A stretch of DNA of 54,380 nucleotides, from NCBI GenBank assembly GCA_964487925.1, contig CAZASZ010000005.1:1-54380 (forward strand), in the 5' to 3' direction. Below are positions 1 through 9,762 of the stretch, piece after piece. The DNA comes from an uncultured Gammaproteobacteria bacterium. GTDB lineage: Bacteria; Pseudomonadota; Gammaproteobacteria; SZUA-140. Position 1 is the first letter of the stretch. Each line of letters opens with the position of its first letter. The position numbers and the translations under genes are program-made. Below the pieces are notes generated by a model, which saw nothing but the letters and a program-made list of their open reading frames with translations, was not told the origin of the DNA and searched no databases.

Positions 1-523
1 GCACCCCGAGAAAGATATCAGCGCTTCTCTGATATAGCTGACAGGATAGACGCCCTTCGGCGACATAAAATTGAAATAGGCAATGGCAAGGCGGCAGCGC
101 CATGTCGTCGACATTGGCGACATTCCATGCACTGACGATCAGACGCCGCGAATCCGGACGTTCGCGGATGTCCGCGATCAGGCGCGATATCTGGTCATAG
201 TGACGTCCATCGGGACCAGGCCAAGAGCGCCACTGAAAGCCGTAAACCGGACCCAGGTTACCCTCCTCATCTGCCCATTCGTTCCAGATGGAAACACCAT
301 TTTCCTTGAGATAGGAGATATTGGTGCTGCCACTCAGGAACCACAGCAATTCGTGAACGACGCTTTTGAAATGCACCTTCTTCGTGGTCAGTAGGGGAAA
401 ACCCTTGCTAAGATCGTAACGGCTCTGGTGTCCGAATATGCTCAGGGTCCCCGTCCCGGTACGGTCTTCCTTGCGGATACCATGTTCGCGGACGTGTTTT
501 AAGAGTTCAAGATAGGTCTGCAT
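1..523 (-). CDS. thyA: Thymidylate synthase, N-terminal 174 codons only (the 3' part of the gene lies beyond the window start)
   Basis: Not in the ORF track because no stop falls inside the window. Manual minus-strand translation from ATG 523-521 gives [101 protein letters not shown]...[10 protein letters not shown]...[12 protein letters not shown]...[10 protein letters not shown]. These are classical ThyA motifs including the catalytic PPCH. It lies 21 nt downstream of lgt, as in the conserved lgt-thyA pair. Confidence 0.95.
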   Translation of the reverse strand, partial: MQTYLELLKHVREHGIRKEDRTGTGTLSIFGHQSRYDLSKGFPLLTTKKVHFKSVVHELLWFLSGSTNISYLKENGVSIWNEWADEEGNLGPVYGFQWRSWPGPDGRHYDQISRLIADIRERPDSRRLIVSAWNVANVDDMALPPCHCLFQFYVAEGRLSCQLYQRSADIFLGV

Positions 524-544
524 CGTGATGCCACTTCCTAGATA

Positions 545-1336
545 TCAGTCGATAGATTGCCGTCGGTAGGCCAAAATCAGCAGTATAATTCCGGCGACGA
601 ACAGCGGTACCGACAACAGCTGTCCCATCGTGAGCCAGTCGAATGCAATAAAGCCCAATTGGGCATCCGGCATACGGAAGAATTCGAGCACGGAACGAAA
701 GGCCCCGTAGCCCACCAAAAAAAGGCCCGACACGGCCATTCGAGGCCGCGTCTTCCTGGAAAAGAACCAGAGTATCAAAAATAAGAGCAAGCCCTCGCAA
801 CCAGCCTCATAGAGCTGGGACGGGTGTCTTGGCAGTCCTCCCGCTTCGGGTGCAGGAAAAACCATACCCAAAGGCGAGTCAGTGACCCGGCCCCAGAGTT
901 CTCCGTTGATAAAGTTACCGATGCGCCCGGCCCCCAGCCCGATAGGCACCATAGGCGCCAGGAAGTCCGTGACCTCGAAAAACCCCTTGCCGGTCTTGCG
1001 TGCGAAAAAAGCCATGGCGGCGAGCACGCCGATCAGCCCGCCATGGAAGGACATCCCGCCCGCCCAGATGTGGAGGATACTCAGGGGGTGTTGCAAATAG
1101 CTATCGAGATTGTAGAACAATACGTAGCCGAGTCGCCCGCCGAGTACAACCCCAATAGCGCCGTAGAAGACAAGGTCCGAGACCTGTTGTTCATCCCATC
1201 CGTCCAACTGCCGGGCGCGGCGGTTGCCCAGCAGCCATACGGCGCCGAAGCCAATCAGGTACATGATGCCGTACCAATGGATGGCAATGGGCCCGATCGA
1301 GATCAAAACGGGGTCGATATCTGGATATTTGAGCAT
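545..1336 (-). CDS. lgt: Prolipoprotein diacylglyceryl transferase
   Basis: 263-aa polytopic membrane ORF. The N-terminus [23 protein letters not shown] parallels E. coli Lgt ([23 protein letters not shown]). It carries the GGRLGN-type motif ([16 protein letters not shown]) and sits upstream of thyA. Confidence 0.95.
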   Translation of the reverse strand: MLKYPDIDPVLISIGPIAIHWYGIMYLIGFGAVWLLGNRRARQLDGWDEQQVSDLVFYGAIGVVLGGRLGYVLFYNLDSYLQHPLSILHIWAGGMSFHGGLIGVLAAMAFFARKTGKGFFEVTDFLAPMVPIGLGAGRIGNFINGELWGRVTDSPLGMVFPAPEAGGLPRHPSQLYEAGCEGLLLFLILWFFSRKTRPRMAVSGLFLVGYGAFRSVLEFFRMPDAQLGFIAFDWLTMGQLLSVPLFVAGIILLILAYRRQSID

Positions 1337-1375
1337 AGTGTATGCAGTGTTAGGGATAAGTTGTTCGAACGATTG

Positions 1376-1915
1376 TCAATCTCGAGAGCGGAGTTGGTCG
1401 AGCAGGCGTTTTTGCCGACGTATCTGCCAGTCTTTTCTGACCCGGAGGACCCAAAATACCCGAATCACGACATATCCAAGCACCGCACTGACGATACCTA
1501 GGACGAAGCAGCCTAACAGAAAGGGTTCCCAGATATCGGACATCCGGTTAATGAGCCAGTCCCAGGTTAGTTCGAAGGCAAAGGTATGCGCGGGTTCGTC
1601 TAGGATCCAGTTGCCGACCAGATATGCAAAATAGAACATCGGCGGCATGGTAAGAGGGTTTGTGAGCCAGACCAGCGCCACTGAGATTGGCAAATTGGCC
1701 TCGAAGATGATGGCCGCGCCCGCCGAGAGCCACATCTGGAAAGGCACGGGTACGAAGGCCATGAAGAGCCCGATCGCGAAAGCCTTAGGGACGGAGCGTC
1801 GGTTTAGATGCCAGAGATTCGGATTGTGTAGGAAAGTGCCAAAGCCCTTGAGTAGTTTGTGTTCCCTTATGACCCTGGGGTCGGGGAGGAACCGTTTCAG
1901 GAATTTTTTGGCCAT
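1376..1915 (-). CDS. DUF2062-family inner-membrane protein
   Basis: 179-aa ORF. The basic N-terminus (KRFLPDP...LLKGFGTFLHNPNLWHLNRRSV..AFAIGLFMAF.P.PFQM) is followed by three hydrophobic segments, the pattern I recognise as DUF2062. It fits tightly between lgt and the divergent comEC. Confidence 0.75.
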   Translation of the reverse strand: MAKKFLKRFLPDPRVIREHKLLKGFGTFLHNPNLWHLNRRSVPKAFAIGLFMAFVPVPFQMWLSAGAAIIFEANLPISVALVWLTNPLTMPPMFYFAYLVGNWILDEPAHTFAFELTWDWLINRMSDIWEPFLLGCFVLGIVSAVLGYVVIRVFWVLRVRKDWQIRRQKRLLDQLRSRD

Positions 1916-1986
1916 GGCGATATTCTAGCGCATGCATCGGGTAATGCTGTAGCATTCATTCGAGACGTTGGCAGGGAGGCCACGAT

Positions 1987-4035
1987 ATGCGCTTGAGCGC
2001 GGCGATGTTTTTGCTCGGAATATTGTCTTTCCAGCAATTGGCAACATTACCTGGATGCCCGACGGGTCTCCTCGTTCTGGGTGTCCTTGTAGGCGCGCCC
2101 TTCAAGGTGACTCGACCATTTGCCATTGCGCTGGCCGGGTTTGTCTGGGCCGGTGTCGTGGGTGGTCACGCCGTTGTTCGCTCGCTCGACCCAGCGTTTG
2201 AGGGCAGGGACATAGCGATCAAGGGGGTGATATCTTCTATTCCGGTCCAATTGGACAAGGGGCTGCGCTTTGATTTCAGGGTCGATCGTTGGGTGGTCGA
2301 TGGCGATCAGAGTCGCTTCCCGGACAAGATTCGTTTGACCTGGTACGGGTCCTTCCCGCACTTGCGCGCAGGCGAACGCTGGCGGCTTCGGGTACGGCTC
2401 AAGCGTCCCCACGGCCTCATGAATCCCGGCGGGTTTCGCTATGAGGATTGGCTATTCAGCCGAGGAATCCGCGCCACGAGGTATACCAGGTCTAAGGGTG
2501 TGAATCGCGCCTTGCTCGCTCCGGACGTTTCTTGGACCGTCTCCAAGGCCTTCGCCAGCAGGTCTTCGAGCAACTGCAGATAACCTTGGGCGAGTCGCCC
2601 ATGAAGGGGATTATCATCGCCCTTGCCATGGGCGAACGACAAGGGATTGATTCCGCTCAATGGCGAGTCTTGACCCGTACCGGGACAAGCCACCTCGTGG
2701 CAATCTCGGGTCTTCATATCGGTCTTGCCGCGGGAGGCTGTTTCTGGCTCGCGCAATTCGTGTGGGCGCGCCTCGGGCGCCTGCCCGTTTGGCTGCCCGC
2801 TCCGAAAGCAGCGGCGGTCTTCTCGCTGTTGGGCGCCGCGGTCTATGCGGCGCTTGCAGGGTTCTCTCTCCCGACCCAGCGCGCTCTGATTATGGTTAGC
2901 GTCGGTATGGTGGCGATTGCGCTAGGACGGCGTTATCGCGCAAGTCACGCTATCGCTCTGGCCCTAGTCGCTGTATTGGTCTATGACCCGTTGTCCGTTA
3001 TTTCGCCCGGTCTATGGCTGTCATTTGGCGCTGTGGCATTAATCCTGCTCAGTTTTCGTCATCGGACTCAAGGCGTCGGTGTTTGGTGGCGATGGGGCTG
3101 CACCCACGTCCTGCTTGCGATCGGCCTTACGCCAATACTGGCGCATTTTTTCCAGATGGTGCCGGTCTACGCGCCGCTCGCAAATTTGTTTGCGGCCCCT
3201 TGGGTTGCGTTTTTGATTGTCCCGCTGACCCTGACGGGGCTTGCCTGGCCGCTCAATGGCCGCGATCCTATTGATTCCGCTGATCCTGTATCATCCCGAA
3301 GGGCCGGAGATCCGCCGCTTCAGCCTCACCTTGCTTGATGTCGGCCAGGGTCTGGCGGCGGTAATTCGTACGCGGGATCACGTCCTGCTCTATGATACAG
3401 GCCCACGCTATGGGGGCGACTTCGATGCAGGCCAAACGGTCATTGCGCCTTATTTGCGCCACGAGGGGATCTCCATGATCGATGCCGTCGTCATCAGTCA
3501 TGGCGATCGTGATCATATAGGTGGGTTCGCGTCCCTGCGCAGACAGGGCAAGCGCTGGATATGGGATGGCGTAGCCTTTGAATTCCTACACCCGCCCCCA
3601 GGGTTTACGGGTTCGGAAAATGACCGATCCTGTGTGCTCAAGGTAGGGTATCCCGGGCGCGGCCTGCTGTTGCCGGGAGATATCGAGGCGGCGGCAGAGT
3701 CGGTTCTTATCGGCGACAATAGAGAGACGCTGCGATCCCGTGTCTTGGTAGCGCCGCATCATGGCAGTGAGACTTCATCGACGGCGGCATTCCTGCGCGA
3801 GGTTGGCCCGGATGCGGTGTTGTTCCCGGTAGGATATAGAAATCGATTTGGATTTCCGCGACCAGCTGTCGTGGAGCGCTATCGGCAACTACAGGCCAGA
3901 CTATATGATACGGCGCAAGATGGTGCTATTGAGGTTTATTTTTCGCGCAACGGCGATATCGATCGCGTCATTCCCTATCGGCCGTCTGTTCGCCGCTATT
4001 GGCATTGGCGGGCGTACTTTAATGACCCGGAGTAA
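1987..4035 (+). pseudogene. comEC: ComEC/Rec2 DNA-internalisation channel, reading frame interrupted twice (segments 1987-2583, 2532-3338, 3241-4035)
   Basis: Three consecutive same-strand ORFs in frames 1, 3 and 1 carry successive ComEC parts. First: the N-terminal OB/DUF4131-like part (IRLTWYG...RLKRPHGLMNPGGFRYEDWLFSRGIRATRY). Second: the competence core (ALAMGERQGIDSAQWRVLTRTGTSHLVAISGLHIG plus TM helices). Third: the metallo-beta-lactamase domain (LTLLDVGQGLAAVIRT...VISHGDRDHIGG...LLPGDIE...VAPHHGS). The position upstream of exbBD-msbA-lpxK matches E. coli ycaI-msbA-lpxK synteny. Confidence 0.8.
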
Positions 4036-4082
4036 GGCAGTATGATGGGTCGATAACACAGGTTTTTTGGAGACCTTTTATC

Positions 4083-4718
4083 GTGTATGAATTAATCATC
4101 TCGGGCGGTTGGCTCATGGTGCCTATCCTCCTGTGTTCCATCGTGGCCTTGGCCATCGTTGCCGAGCGGCTGTGGGCGCTACAGCGTGCGCGCGTCTGTC
4201 CCGGGGGGCTGGTGGCTCAGATCTGGCAGTGGGCCCAGGATGGCAAGCTCGACTCCAACCGAATCATAGCCCTGCGCACGAATTCGCCGCTAGGCCGGGT
4301 CCTTGCTTCGGGATTGTCCAGCCTGCATCAGAGCAGGGAAATCATGAAGGAGAATATCGACGACAGCGGCCGCCATGTCGCCGCCGAGCTTGAGCGTTTC
4401 CTCAATACGCTTGGGACGATTGCCTCGATCTCCCCGCTGCTGGGGCTGCTGGGTACCGTGATCGGCATGATCAAAGTCTTTACGGCCATTACGGTCAGCG
4501 GCGTCGGTAATGCCGCAGCCCTGGCCGGCGGAATCTCTGAGGCCCTGCTGACGACGGCGGCCGGCCTTTCGGTGGCCATCCCGACACTAATGTTCTATCG
4601 CTATCTACGCGGTCGCGTTGATCGCCTCGTTATGAACATGGAGCAGGAATCCCTCAAGCTCGTCGAGATGCTTCATGGCGACCGCAAGGCGCCAGCCGCA
4701 GAGGTATCGTCCGAGTGA
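4083..4718 (+). CDS. exbB: MotA/TolQ/ExbB-family proton channel (ExbB-like)
   Basis: 211 aa with three TM segments. The conserved C-terminal core is LGLLGTVIGMIKVF...GGISEALLTTAAGLSVAIP. GTG start at 4083; its stop overlaps the start of exbD (GTGA). Confidence 0.9.
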   Translation: MYELIISGGWLMVPILLCSIVALAIVAERLWALQRARVCPGGLVAQIWQWAQDGKLDSNRIIALRTNSPLGRVLASGLSSLHQSREIMKENIDDSGRHVAAELERFLNTLGTIASISPLLGLLGTVIGMIKVFTAITVSGVGNAAALAGGISEALLTTAAGLSVAIPTLMFYRYLRGRVDRLVMNMEQESLKLVEMLHGDRKAPAAEVSSE

Positions 4719-5146
4719 AATGGCAGCGGGGACATCGGGAAGACCCAGAGCTTGGCATCACGCCGCTGATCGATGTGGTCTTTCTGCTATTGATCTTCTT
4801 TATGATCTCGACGACCTTTAAAGACGATTCGGAGATTACGGTCGATCTCCCCCAGGCCAGTTCCGTCCCGACCAAGGAAGAACGCCCATCGTTCACGGTC
4901 ACGATCGATGCCCAGGGGCATTACTTTGTCAATGATCGCCGCCTCGTTAACGATGCGGCCGACACCTTGAGAAAGGCCTTTGCGCGCTATACGACCCAGC
5001 AAGGCGCGGCACCCAGTGGGGTCGTGATCAAGGCCGATGGCCAGACATCGCATCAATCCGTTGTCACAGTCATGGACGTGGCCAGACGGGCAGGGATCGT
5101 TCACGTGTCTCTGGCGACGCGACCGGCGGAAAAACGGATTGAGTGA
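4715..5146 (+). CDS. exbD: ExbD/TolR-family biopolymer transport protein
   Basis: 143 aa. Signature N-terminus ITPLIDVVFLLLIFFM followed by a periplasmic domain (ITVDLP...VVIKADG...SHQSVVTVMD). Translationally coupled to exbB. Confidence 0.9.
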   Translation: MKWQRGHREDPELGITPLIDVVFLLLIFFMISTTFKDDSEITVDLPQASSVPTKEERPSFTVTIDAQGHYFVNDRRLVNDAADTLRKAFARYTTQQGAAPSGVVIKADGQTSHQSVVTVMDVARRAGIVHVSLATRPAEKRIE

Positions 5147-6911
5147 TCTGACCTCCGGGGCCCCCGTCGCGGACGGCGCAGTGATTTATCGCCGTTTGCT
5201 CAGCTACGCCTATCCCTATCGCCTATACTTTGTTGTAGCGGCCATCGGAATGGCCATTGAGGCCGCTGCCGACACCTCTTTCGCCGCGCTCATGAAGCCC
5301 ATGCTCGACGGCAGCTTCGTCAACAGGGACGAGCACTGGATCGGAGTGATCCCATGGCTGATCGTGTGCCTGTTCACGCTGCGCGGCCTGGCGGGGTTTA
5401 CCTCGGGTTATGTCATGTCCTGGATCGGGCGCCGAGTTATCAAGTCCTTACGCCGCGAAATGTTCGACCATTTGCTTTGCCTACCGGCACGGTTTTACGA
5501 CCAGAGCGCTTCGGGCCAACTTATCTCCAAGTTCACCTATGACGTCGAGCAGGTCGCGAACGCGACCACTCAGGCCGTTACCGTGGCCATTCGCGATACG
5601 CTGGCCATCGTCGGATTGCTGAGCTGGATGACCTATATTAGTTGGCGCTTGACGCTGGCCTTTGTCCTTATCGGGCCATTCATTGCGCTCATCATCGTCT
5701 ATATTAACCGCCGTTACCGAAAGATAGGGGCTGCGCTGCAGGCCTCGATGGGCGACGTGACCCATGTCGCTGAGGAGACCGTTGAAGGTTATCGTGTAAT
5801 CAAGGCCTTCGGTGGTTCGGAGTATGAGCGGCAGCGCTTCGAGGGCGCAAACGAGCGCAACCGACAGCAATATATGAAGATGGTCGCAACCAAGACTGGC
5901 AGCATCCCGCTGGTTCAGTTGATAGTCGGACTCGCGTTGGCCGGAATCACCTATATGGCCACGCTGGACTCTATGCTGGAGGCCATCAGCGTCGGCAGCT
6001 TTATGTCCTTCCTGGTCGCCATGCTGATGTTGTTGACCCCGATGAAACGGCTGACCACGGTCAATGCAGCGATTCAGCTAGGCATAGCGGCCGCCAAGAG
6101 CCTGTTCGAGCTGCTCGACAGCACAGCTGAATCGGATCACGGCACACAAGTCTTGGGCAGGGCCACCGGCGCGGTTTGTTACGAAGGGCTGTCATTTCAA
6201 TATGGTCGGGGAAACACCCGGGTCATCGATGATGTCAGCTTCGAGGTCAATCCCGGCGAGACCGTTGCCTTTGTCGGGCCCTCGGGTGGCGGCAAGACCA
6301 CCCTCGTCAGTCTGCTCATGCGCTTCTACGACATTGAACACGGCCGGATCCTGCTCGACGGACATGATATCCGGGAGTTGCGTCTCGACAATTTGCGTAA
6401 GCAGATTGCCTTTGTCGGTCAGGATGTCATCCTGTTTAACGACACCGTTGCCAGAAATATCGCCTATGGCTCGCTCGCCGAGGTGGGCGAGGGCTCGATA
6501 GCCCAGGCTGCAACCGCTGCCTATGCGATGGACTTCATCCGTGAGCTGCCCGACGGATTGGAGACTTTGGTCGGCGAAAACGGGGTCCTGCTCTCCGGGG
6601 GCCAGCGGCAGCGCCTTGCCATTGCGCGCGCCTTGCTCAAAGATGCCCCGGTGCTAATTCTGGACGAAGCGACATCCGCGCTTGATACAGAGTCCGAGCG
6701 GCATATCCAGCGCGCCTTCGATGGACTTATGAAGAATCGTACGACGCTTGTGATTGCCCATCGCCTATCTACAATCGAAAAGGCCGATCAGATCCTGTTT
6801 GTGGAGGACGGGCGAATCATTGAACGGGGCAGACATGACGAACTCCTGGCCAAGGGCGGCCACTATGCAGCGCTCCACAGGTTACAGTTTCATGGACTTG
6901 AGGACGCCTGA
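5139..6911 (+). CDS. msbA: Lipid A export ABC transporter (permease/ATPase fusion) MsbA
   Basis: A six-TM exporter domain is followed by Walker A GPSGGGKTT, signature LSGGQRQRLAIARA and Walker B VLILDEATSALD. It lies directly upstream of lpxK, as in E. coli. The track start 5037 lies inside exbD. TTG 5139, overlapping the exbD stop, is the first plausible start and gives about 590 aa. The exact start is uncertain. Confidence 0.9.
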   Translation: MSDLTSGAPVADGAVIYRRLLSYAYPYRLYFVVAAIGMAIEAAADTSFAALMKPMLDGSFVNRDEHWIGVIPWLIVCLFTLRGLAGFTSGYVMSWIGRRVIKSLRREMFDHLLCLPARFYDQSASGQLISKFTYDVEQVANATTQAVTVAIRDTLAIVGLLSWMTYISWRLTLAFVLIGPFIALIIVYINRRYRKIGAALQASMGDVTHVAEETVEGYRVIKAFGGSEYERQRFEGANERNRQQYMKMVATKTGSIPLVQLIVGLALAGITYMATLDSMLEAISVGSFMSFLVAMLMLLTPMKRLTTVNAAIQLGIAAAKSLFELLDSTAESDHGTQVLGRATGAVCYEGLSFQYGRGNTRVIDDVSFEVNPGETVAFVGPSGGGKTTLVSLLMRFYDIEHGRILLDGHDIRELRLDNLRKQIAFVGQDVILFNDTVARNIAYGSLAEVGEGSIAQAATAAYAMDFIRELPDGLETLVGENGVLLSGGQRQRLAIARALLKDAPVLILDEATSALDTESERHIQRAFDGLMKNRTTLVIAHRLSTIEKADQILFVEDGRIIERGRHDELLAKGGHYAALHRLQFHGLEDA

Positions 6912-6929
6912 GCGAGTACGAGGCATGTC

Positions 6930-7928
6930 GTGAGTAAGTGGCAGTCGTGTTGGTATCGGCGCAATGGTTGGCAACTCGCGCTGTGGCCTCTGGCCGCTTT
7001 TTTTGGTGTGATCACGAGGATACGCCGGATGGTCTATCGACGTGGTCTCGTCAAGGTTTGCCATTCAGGTGTCCCGGTGATCGTGGTCGGCAATATTAGC
7101 GTCGGCGGCACGGGCAAAAGCCCGCTCGTCATTGCGCTGGCGAGACGCCTGCGTAAGGCGGGCTTTAGTCCTGGGATCGTATCCAGGGGCTATCGGGGTC
7201 AAGCCGATCACTGGCCGCAGCCAGTGGCGGCGGATAGCGATGTACGCGTGGTCGGGGATGAACCCGTCATGATCGCGCACCGCACAAGGTGTCCCGTGGT
7301 CGTGGGCCCGGATCGAGTGGCCGCCGTCGAGATGTTACTTGCGGCGCATCCGGAATGTGACCTCATCATTTCCGACGACGGTTTGCAGCACTATCGACTG
7401 GGGCGGGATATCGAAATCGCCGTGGTCGATGGGATCCGCCGCTACGGTAATCGACTCCTGCTGCCTGCCGGCCCGTTGCGGGAACCTGTCGCGAGGCTCA
7501 CGGAGGTCGATTTTGTCGTCGTCAACGGCGGTCAGGTTGAATCCGGTGAATACAGCATGTCCTTGCGCCCTTTGGGTTGGCGCGCTGTCGCAGACCCCAG
7601 CCGGGTGAAGGTTCTGAATGCATTCAGCGACACTGACGCCCATGCCCTGGCGGCTATCGGGCATCCCGAGCGTTTTTTCTCGACCTTGAATAGACTCGAC
7701 ATCCGTTTCGATAGGTGGATTTTCCCTGATCACCATCCCCTGCATGCGGCGGATCTGGATTTCGAGGACGATCTAGCTGTGTTGATGACGGAGAAGGATG
7801 CTGTGAAGTGTCGGCATATCGCACCTGAGAAGGCCTGGTATCTTGAGGTCGAGGCCTTGATCGATAAGGATCTGATAGACTCTTTGCTACTACGATTGCC
7901 CAGGGCGCAGGTTGCCATACCGCGTTGA
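6930..7928 (+). CDS. lpxK: Tetraacyldisaccharide 4'-kinase
   Basis: 332 aa. N-terminal membrane anchor plus P-loop VGNISVGGTGKSPLVIALA and SRGYRG. msbA-lpxK-ycaR-kdsB order as in E. coli. Confidence 0.93.
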   Translation: MSKWQSCWYRRNGWQLALWPLAAFFGVITRIRRMVYRRGLVKVCHSGVPVIVVGNISVGGTGKSPLVIALARRLRKAGFSPGIVSRGYRGQADHWPQPVAADSDVRVVGDEPVMIAHRTRCPVVVGPDRVAAVEMLLAAHPECDLIISDDGLQHYRLGRDIEIAVVDGIRRYGNRLLLPAGPLREPVARLTEVDFVVVNGGQVESGEYSMSLRPLGWRAVADPSRVKVLNAFSDTDAHALAAIGHPERFFSTLNRLDIRFDRWIFPDHHPLHAADLDFEDDLAVLMTEKDAVKCRHIAPEKAWYLEVEALIDKDLIDSLLLRLPRAQVAIPR

Positions 7929-7952
7929 AACAAGATTTTAGGAATCTTCGTT

Positions 7953-8135
7953 ATGATAGACAAAAAATTGCTCGATATCCTGGCCTGTCCGGTCTGCAAG
8001 GGACCTTTGCGTTACCGGCGCGATCCCGAGGAATTGATTTGCAAGGTAGATCGTCTTGCCTATCCGGTCAGAGACGATATTCCTGTCATGCTTGAGGACG
8101 AGGCGCGGGAGCTCGCGCCCGACGAGGCGATATGA
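7953..8135 (+). CDS. ycaR: Trm112/YcaR-family small zinc-ribbon-like protein (UPF0434)
   Basis: 60 aa. [14 protein letters not shown]...L.C......[15 protein letters not shown] is the YcaR/Trm112 pattern. Its stop overlaps the kdsB start (ATGA). Confidence 0.88.
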   Translation: MIDKKLLDILACPVCKGPLRYRRDPEELICKVDRLAYPVRDDIPVMLEDEARELAPDEAI

Positions 8136-8896
8136 GCGGCTTCGTCGTGGTCATTCCGGCGCGTTATGGCTCCACGCGCCTGCCTGGAAAGCCGCTGCGT
8201 CTGCTGGCCGGCCGACCCATGATCGCTCACGTCTATGAGCGTGCCGTGGAGAGCGGCGCCGACGAGGTCATCATCGCGACCGACGATGAACGCATCATGC
8301 AGGCCGCAGAGACCATAGGCGCTGAATGTCTGCTAACTGCGCCGGATCATCCGTCGGGTACCGACCGCATCGCTGAGGTCATTGATGCCAGGGCCTATCC
8401 AGATGACCTGATCGTCGTCAATCTGCAGGGCGATGAACCCTGTATGCCGGGCGCCTTGGTCAGGCAGGTCGCCGAGGATCTAGCGGGGCTTCCGGATGTT
8501 GGTGTCGCGACCCTTTGCGAACGTATCGAAACGGCGGCAGAGCTGTTCGATCCTCATGTGGTCAAGGTTGTGATTGACGCTGCCGGCTATGCTTTGTATT
8601 TCAGCCGGGCCGTGATCCCTTGGGATCGCGAGGCCTTCGCGGTGACAACCGAGGAGCTGCCCGGCGTTGTCCAACACTACAGGCATATCGGTCTCTATGC
8701 CTATCGAGCCGGATTCATAAGGGAGTATGTGGGCTGGGCGCCCTGTCCGATCGAGCGCATGGAGGTGCTGGAACAACTCAGGGTCCTTTGGAATGGGCAT
8801 CCGATCCATGTGGCCCAGGCTCTGGCGCATCCGGGGCATGGAGTGGATACCGAACAGGACCTGGATCGTGTGGCCGGGATCCTTCTCAACCCGTAG
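8132..8896 (+). CDS. kdsB: 3-deoxy-manno-octulosonate cytidylyltransferase (CMP-KDO synthetase)
   Basis: 254 aa. [24 protein letters not shown] and NLQGDEP motifs typical of KdsB, in conserved neighbourhood. Confidence 0.94.
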   Translation: MSGFVVVIPARYGSTRLPGKPLRLLAGRPMIAHVYERAVESGADEVIIATDDERIMQAAETIGAECLLTAPDHPSGTDRIAEVIDARAYPDDLIVVNLQGDEPCMPGALVRQVAEDLAGLPDVGVATLCERIETAAELFDPHVVKVVIDAAGYALYFSRAVIPWDREAFAVTTEELPGVVQHYRHIGLYAYRAGFIREYVGWAPCPIERMEVLEQLRVLWNGHPIHVAQALAHPGHGVDTEQDLDRVAGILLNP

Positions 8897-8902
8897 AGCG
8901 GA

Positions 8903-9181
8903 TCAAAGCAATTCGAGGTCAAGCCCCTCGATATCGACGGAACCACTCTCGGTCAATGGGATTGTGACCTCGGTGGTCTCGGGGACGCGACGATGGGCCT
9001 CGCCATGTTGGTCGGCCTGGATTGTATTCGTATCGCAGCTCTTAAGGACGAGCGTGGGTACATCCTCCATCAGCACCTCGACGATCTCGTAGAGCCGGCC
9101 CTGATGACGGGCGCGTCGACCGATAAGCTTGCGAAGGAAGATGTTGCGCAATTCAGTGATTTTGGAGTCAAAAGCCCGCAT
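8903..9181 (-). CDS. Hypothetical small protein (92 aa), no family recognised
   Basis: The ORF fills the kdsB-ptp gap exactly. By eye, third-codon positions are mostly G/C like the neighbouring genes. The competing plus-strand ORF 8993-9262 looks less protein-like. No motif recognised. Confidence 0.45.
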   Translation of the reverse strand: MRAFDSKITELRNIFLRKLIGRRARHQGRLYEIVEVLMEDVPTLVLKSCDTNTIQADQHGEAHRRVPETTEVTIPLTESGSVDIEGLDLELL

Positions 9182-9267
9182 GGCGGCAGCGACCGTTTAT
9201 CAATATCCCCATACCATGAGATCATAGACCAGTTGGCTTCTTGGGGTAAAGGAAAACGGTAACCGAT

Positions 9268-9762
9268 ATGAAGACTCGAGTGTTGTTCGTCTGTATGGGC
9301 AATATCTGTCGTTCGCCCTCTGCGCAGGGCATTTTCTCGCACTTGCTTGAACAAAGGGGGCTTGCCGACCGATGCGAGGTCGATTCCGCGGGGACGATCG
9401 CCTTTCACACAGGCAGCCCGCCGGATCAGCGAGCGCAGACGGCGGCAAAGTTGCGCGGTATAGACCTCTCCGGGCTTCGGGCGCGTCAGGTCAGCCCAGA
9501 GGATTTCGAGGTGTTTGACTATATCCTTGCCATGGATGAGGATAATCTGAGCGATTTGATCACTCAGGCCCCGGAAGTTCACCGGGACAAGATCTCCTTG
9601 ATCATGGCGGATGCAGGATGGTTGGATGGAGGCGAGGTGCCAGACCCCTACTACGGTGGGGTATCCGGTTTCGAGCAAGTACTAGATATGCTCGAAACCG
9701 CATGCAATGGGTTAATTGATCGCGTCTTGCAGGGCGAGCTCAGTTCGTCCGGAAGCGACTGA
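9268..9762 (+). CDS. ptp: Low-molecular-weight protein-tyrosine phosphatase
   Basis: 164 aa. Active-site loop [17 protein letters not shown] (C-X5-R-S) and distal DPYYG aspartate loop. The position after kdsB matches Pseudomonas kdsB-ptpA. Confidence 0.9.
   Translation: MKTRVLFVCMGNICRSPSAQGIFSHLLEQRGLADRCEVDSAGTIAFHTGSPPDQRAQTAAKLRGIDLSGLRARQVSPEDFEVFDYILAMDEDNLSDLITQAPEVHRDKISLIMADAGWLDGGEVPDPYYGGVSGFEQVLDMLETACNGLIDRVLQGELSSSGSD

Noticed and set aside
83-394. 103-aa plus-strand ORF at the window start
   Set aside because: It is antisense to an unmistakable thyA reading frame (1-523, minus) and has no recognisable motifs.
5037-5138. N-terminal 34 codons of the msbA track ORF
   Set aside because: They lie entirely inside exbD in another frame. 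The MsbA homology, including its first TM helix, begins after the exbD stop.
9070-9678. 202-aa minus-strand ORF
   Set aside because: It is antisense to the well-supported LMW-PTP gene. This is a typical GC-rich shadow ORF with no motifs.
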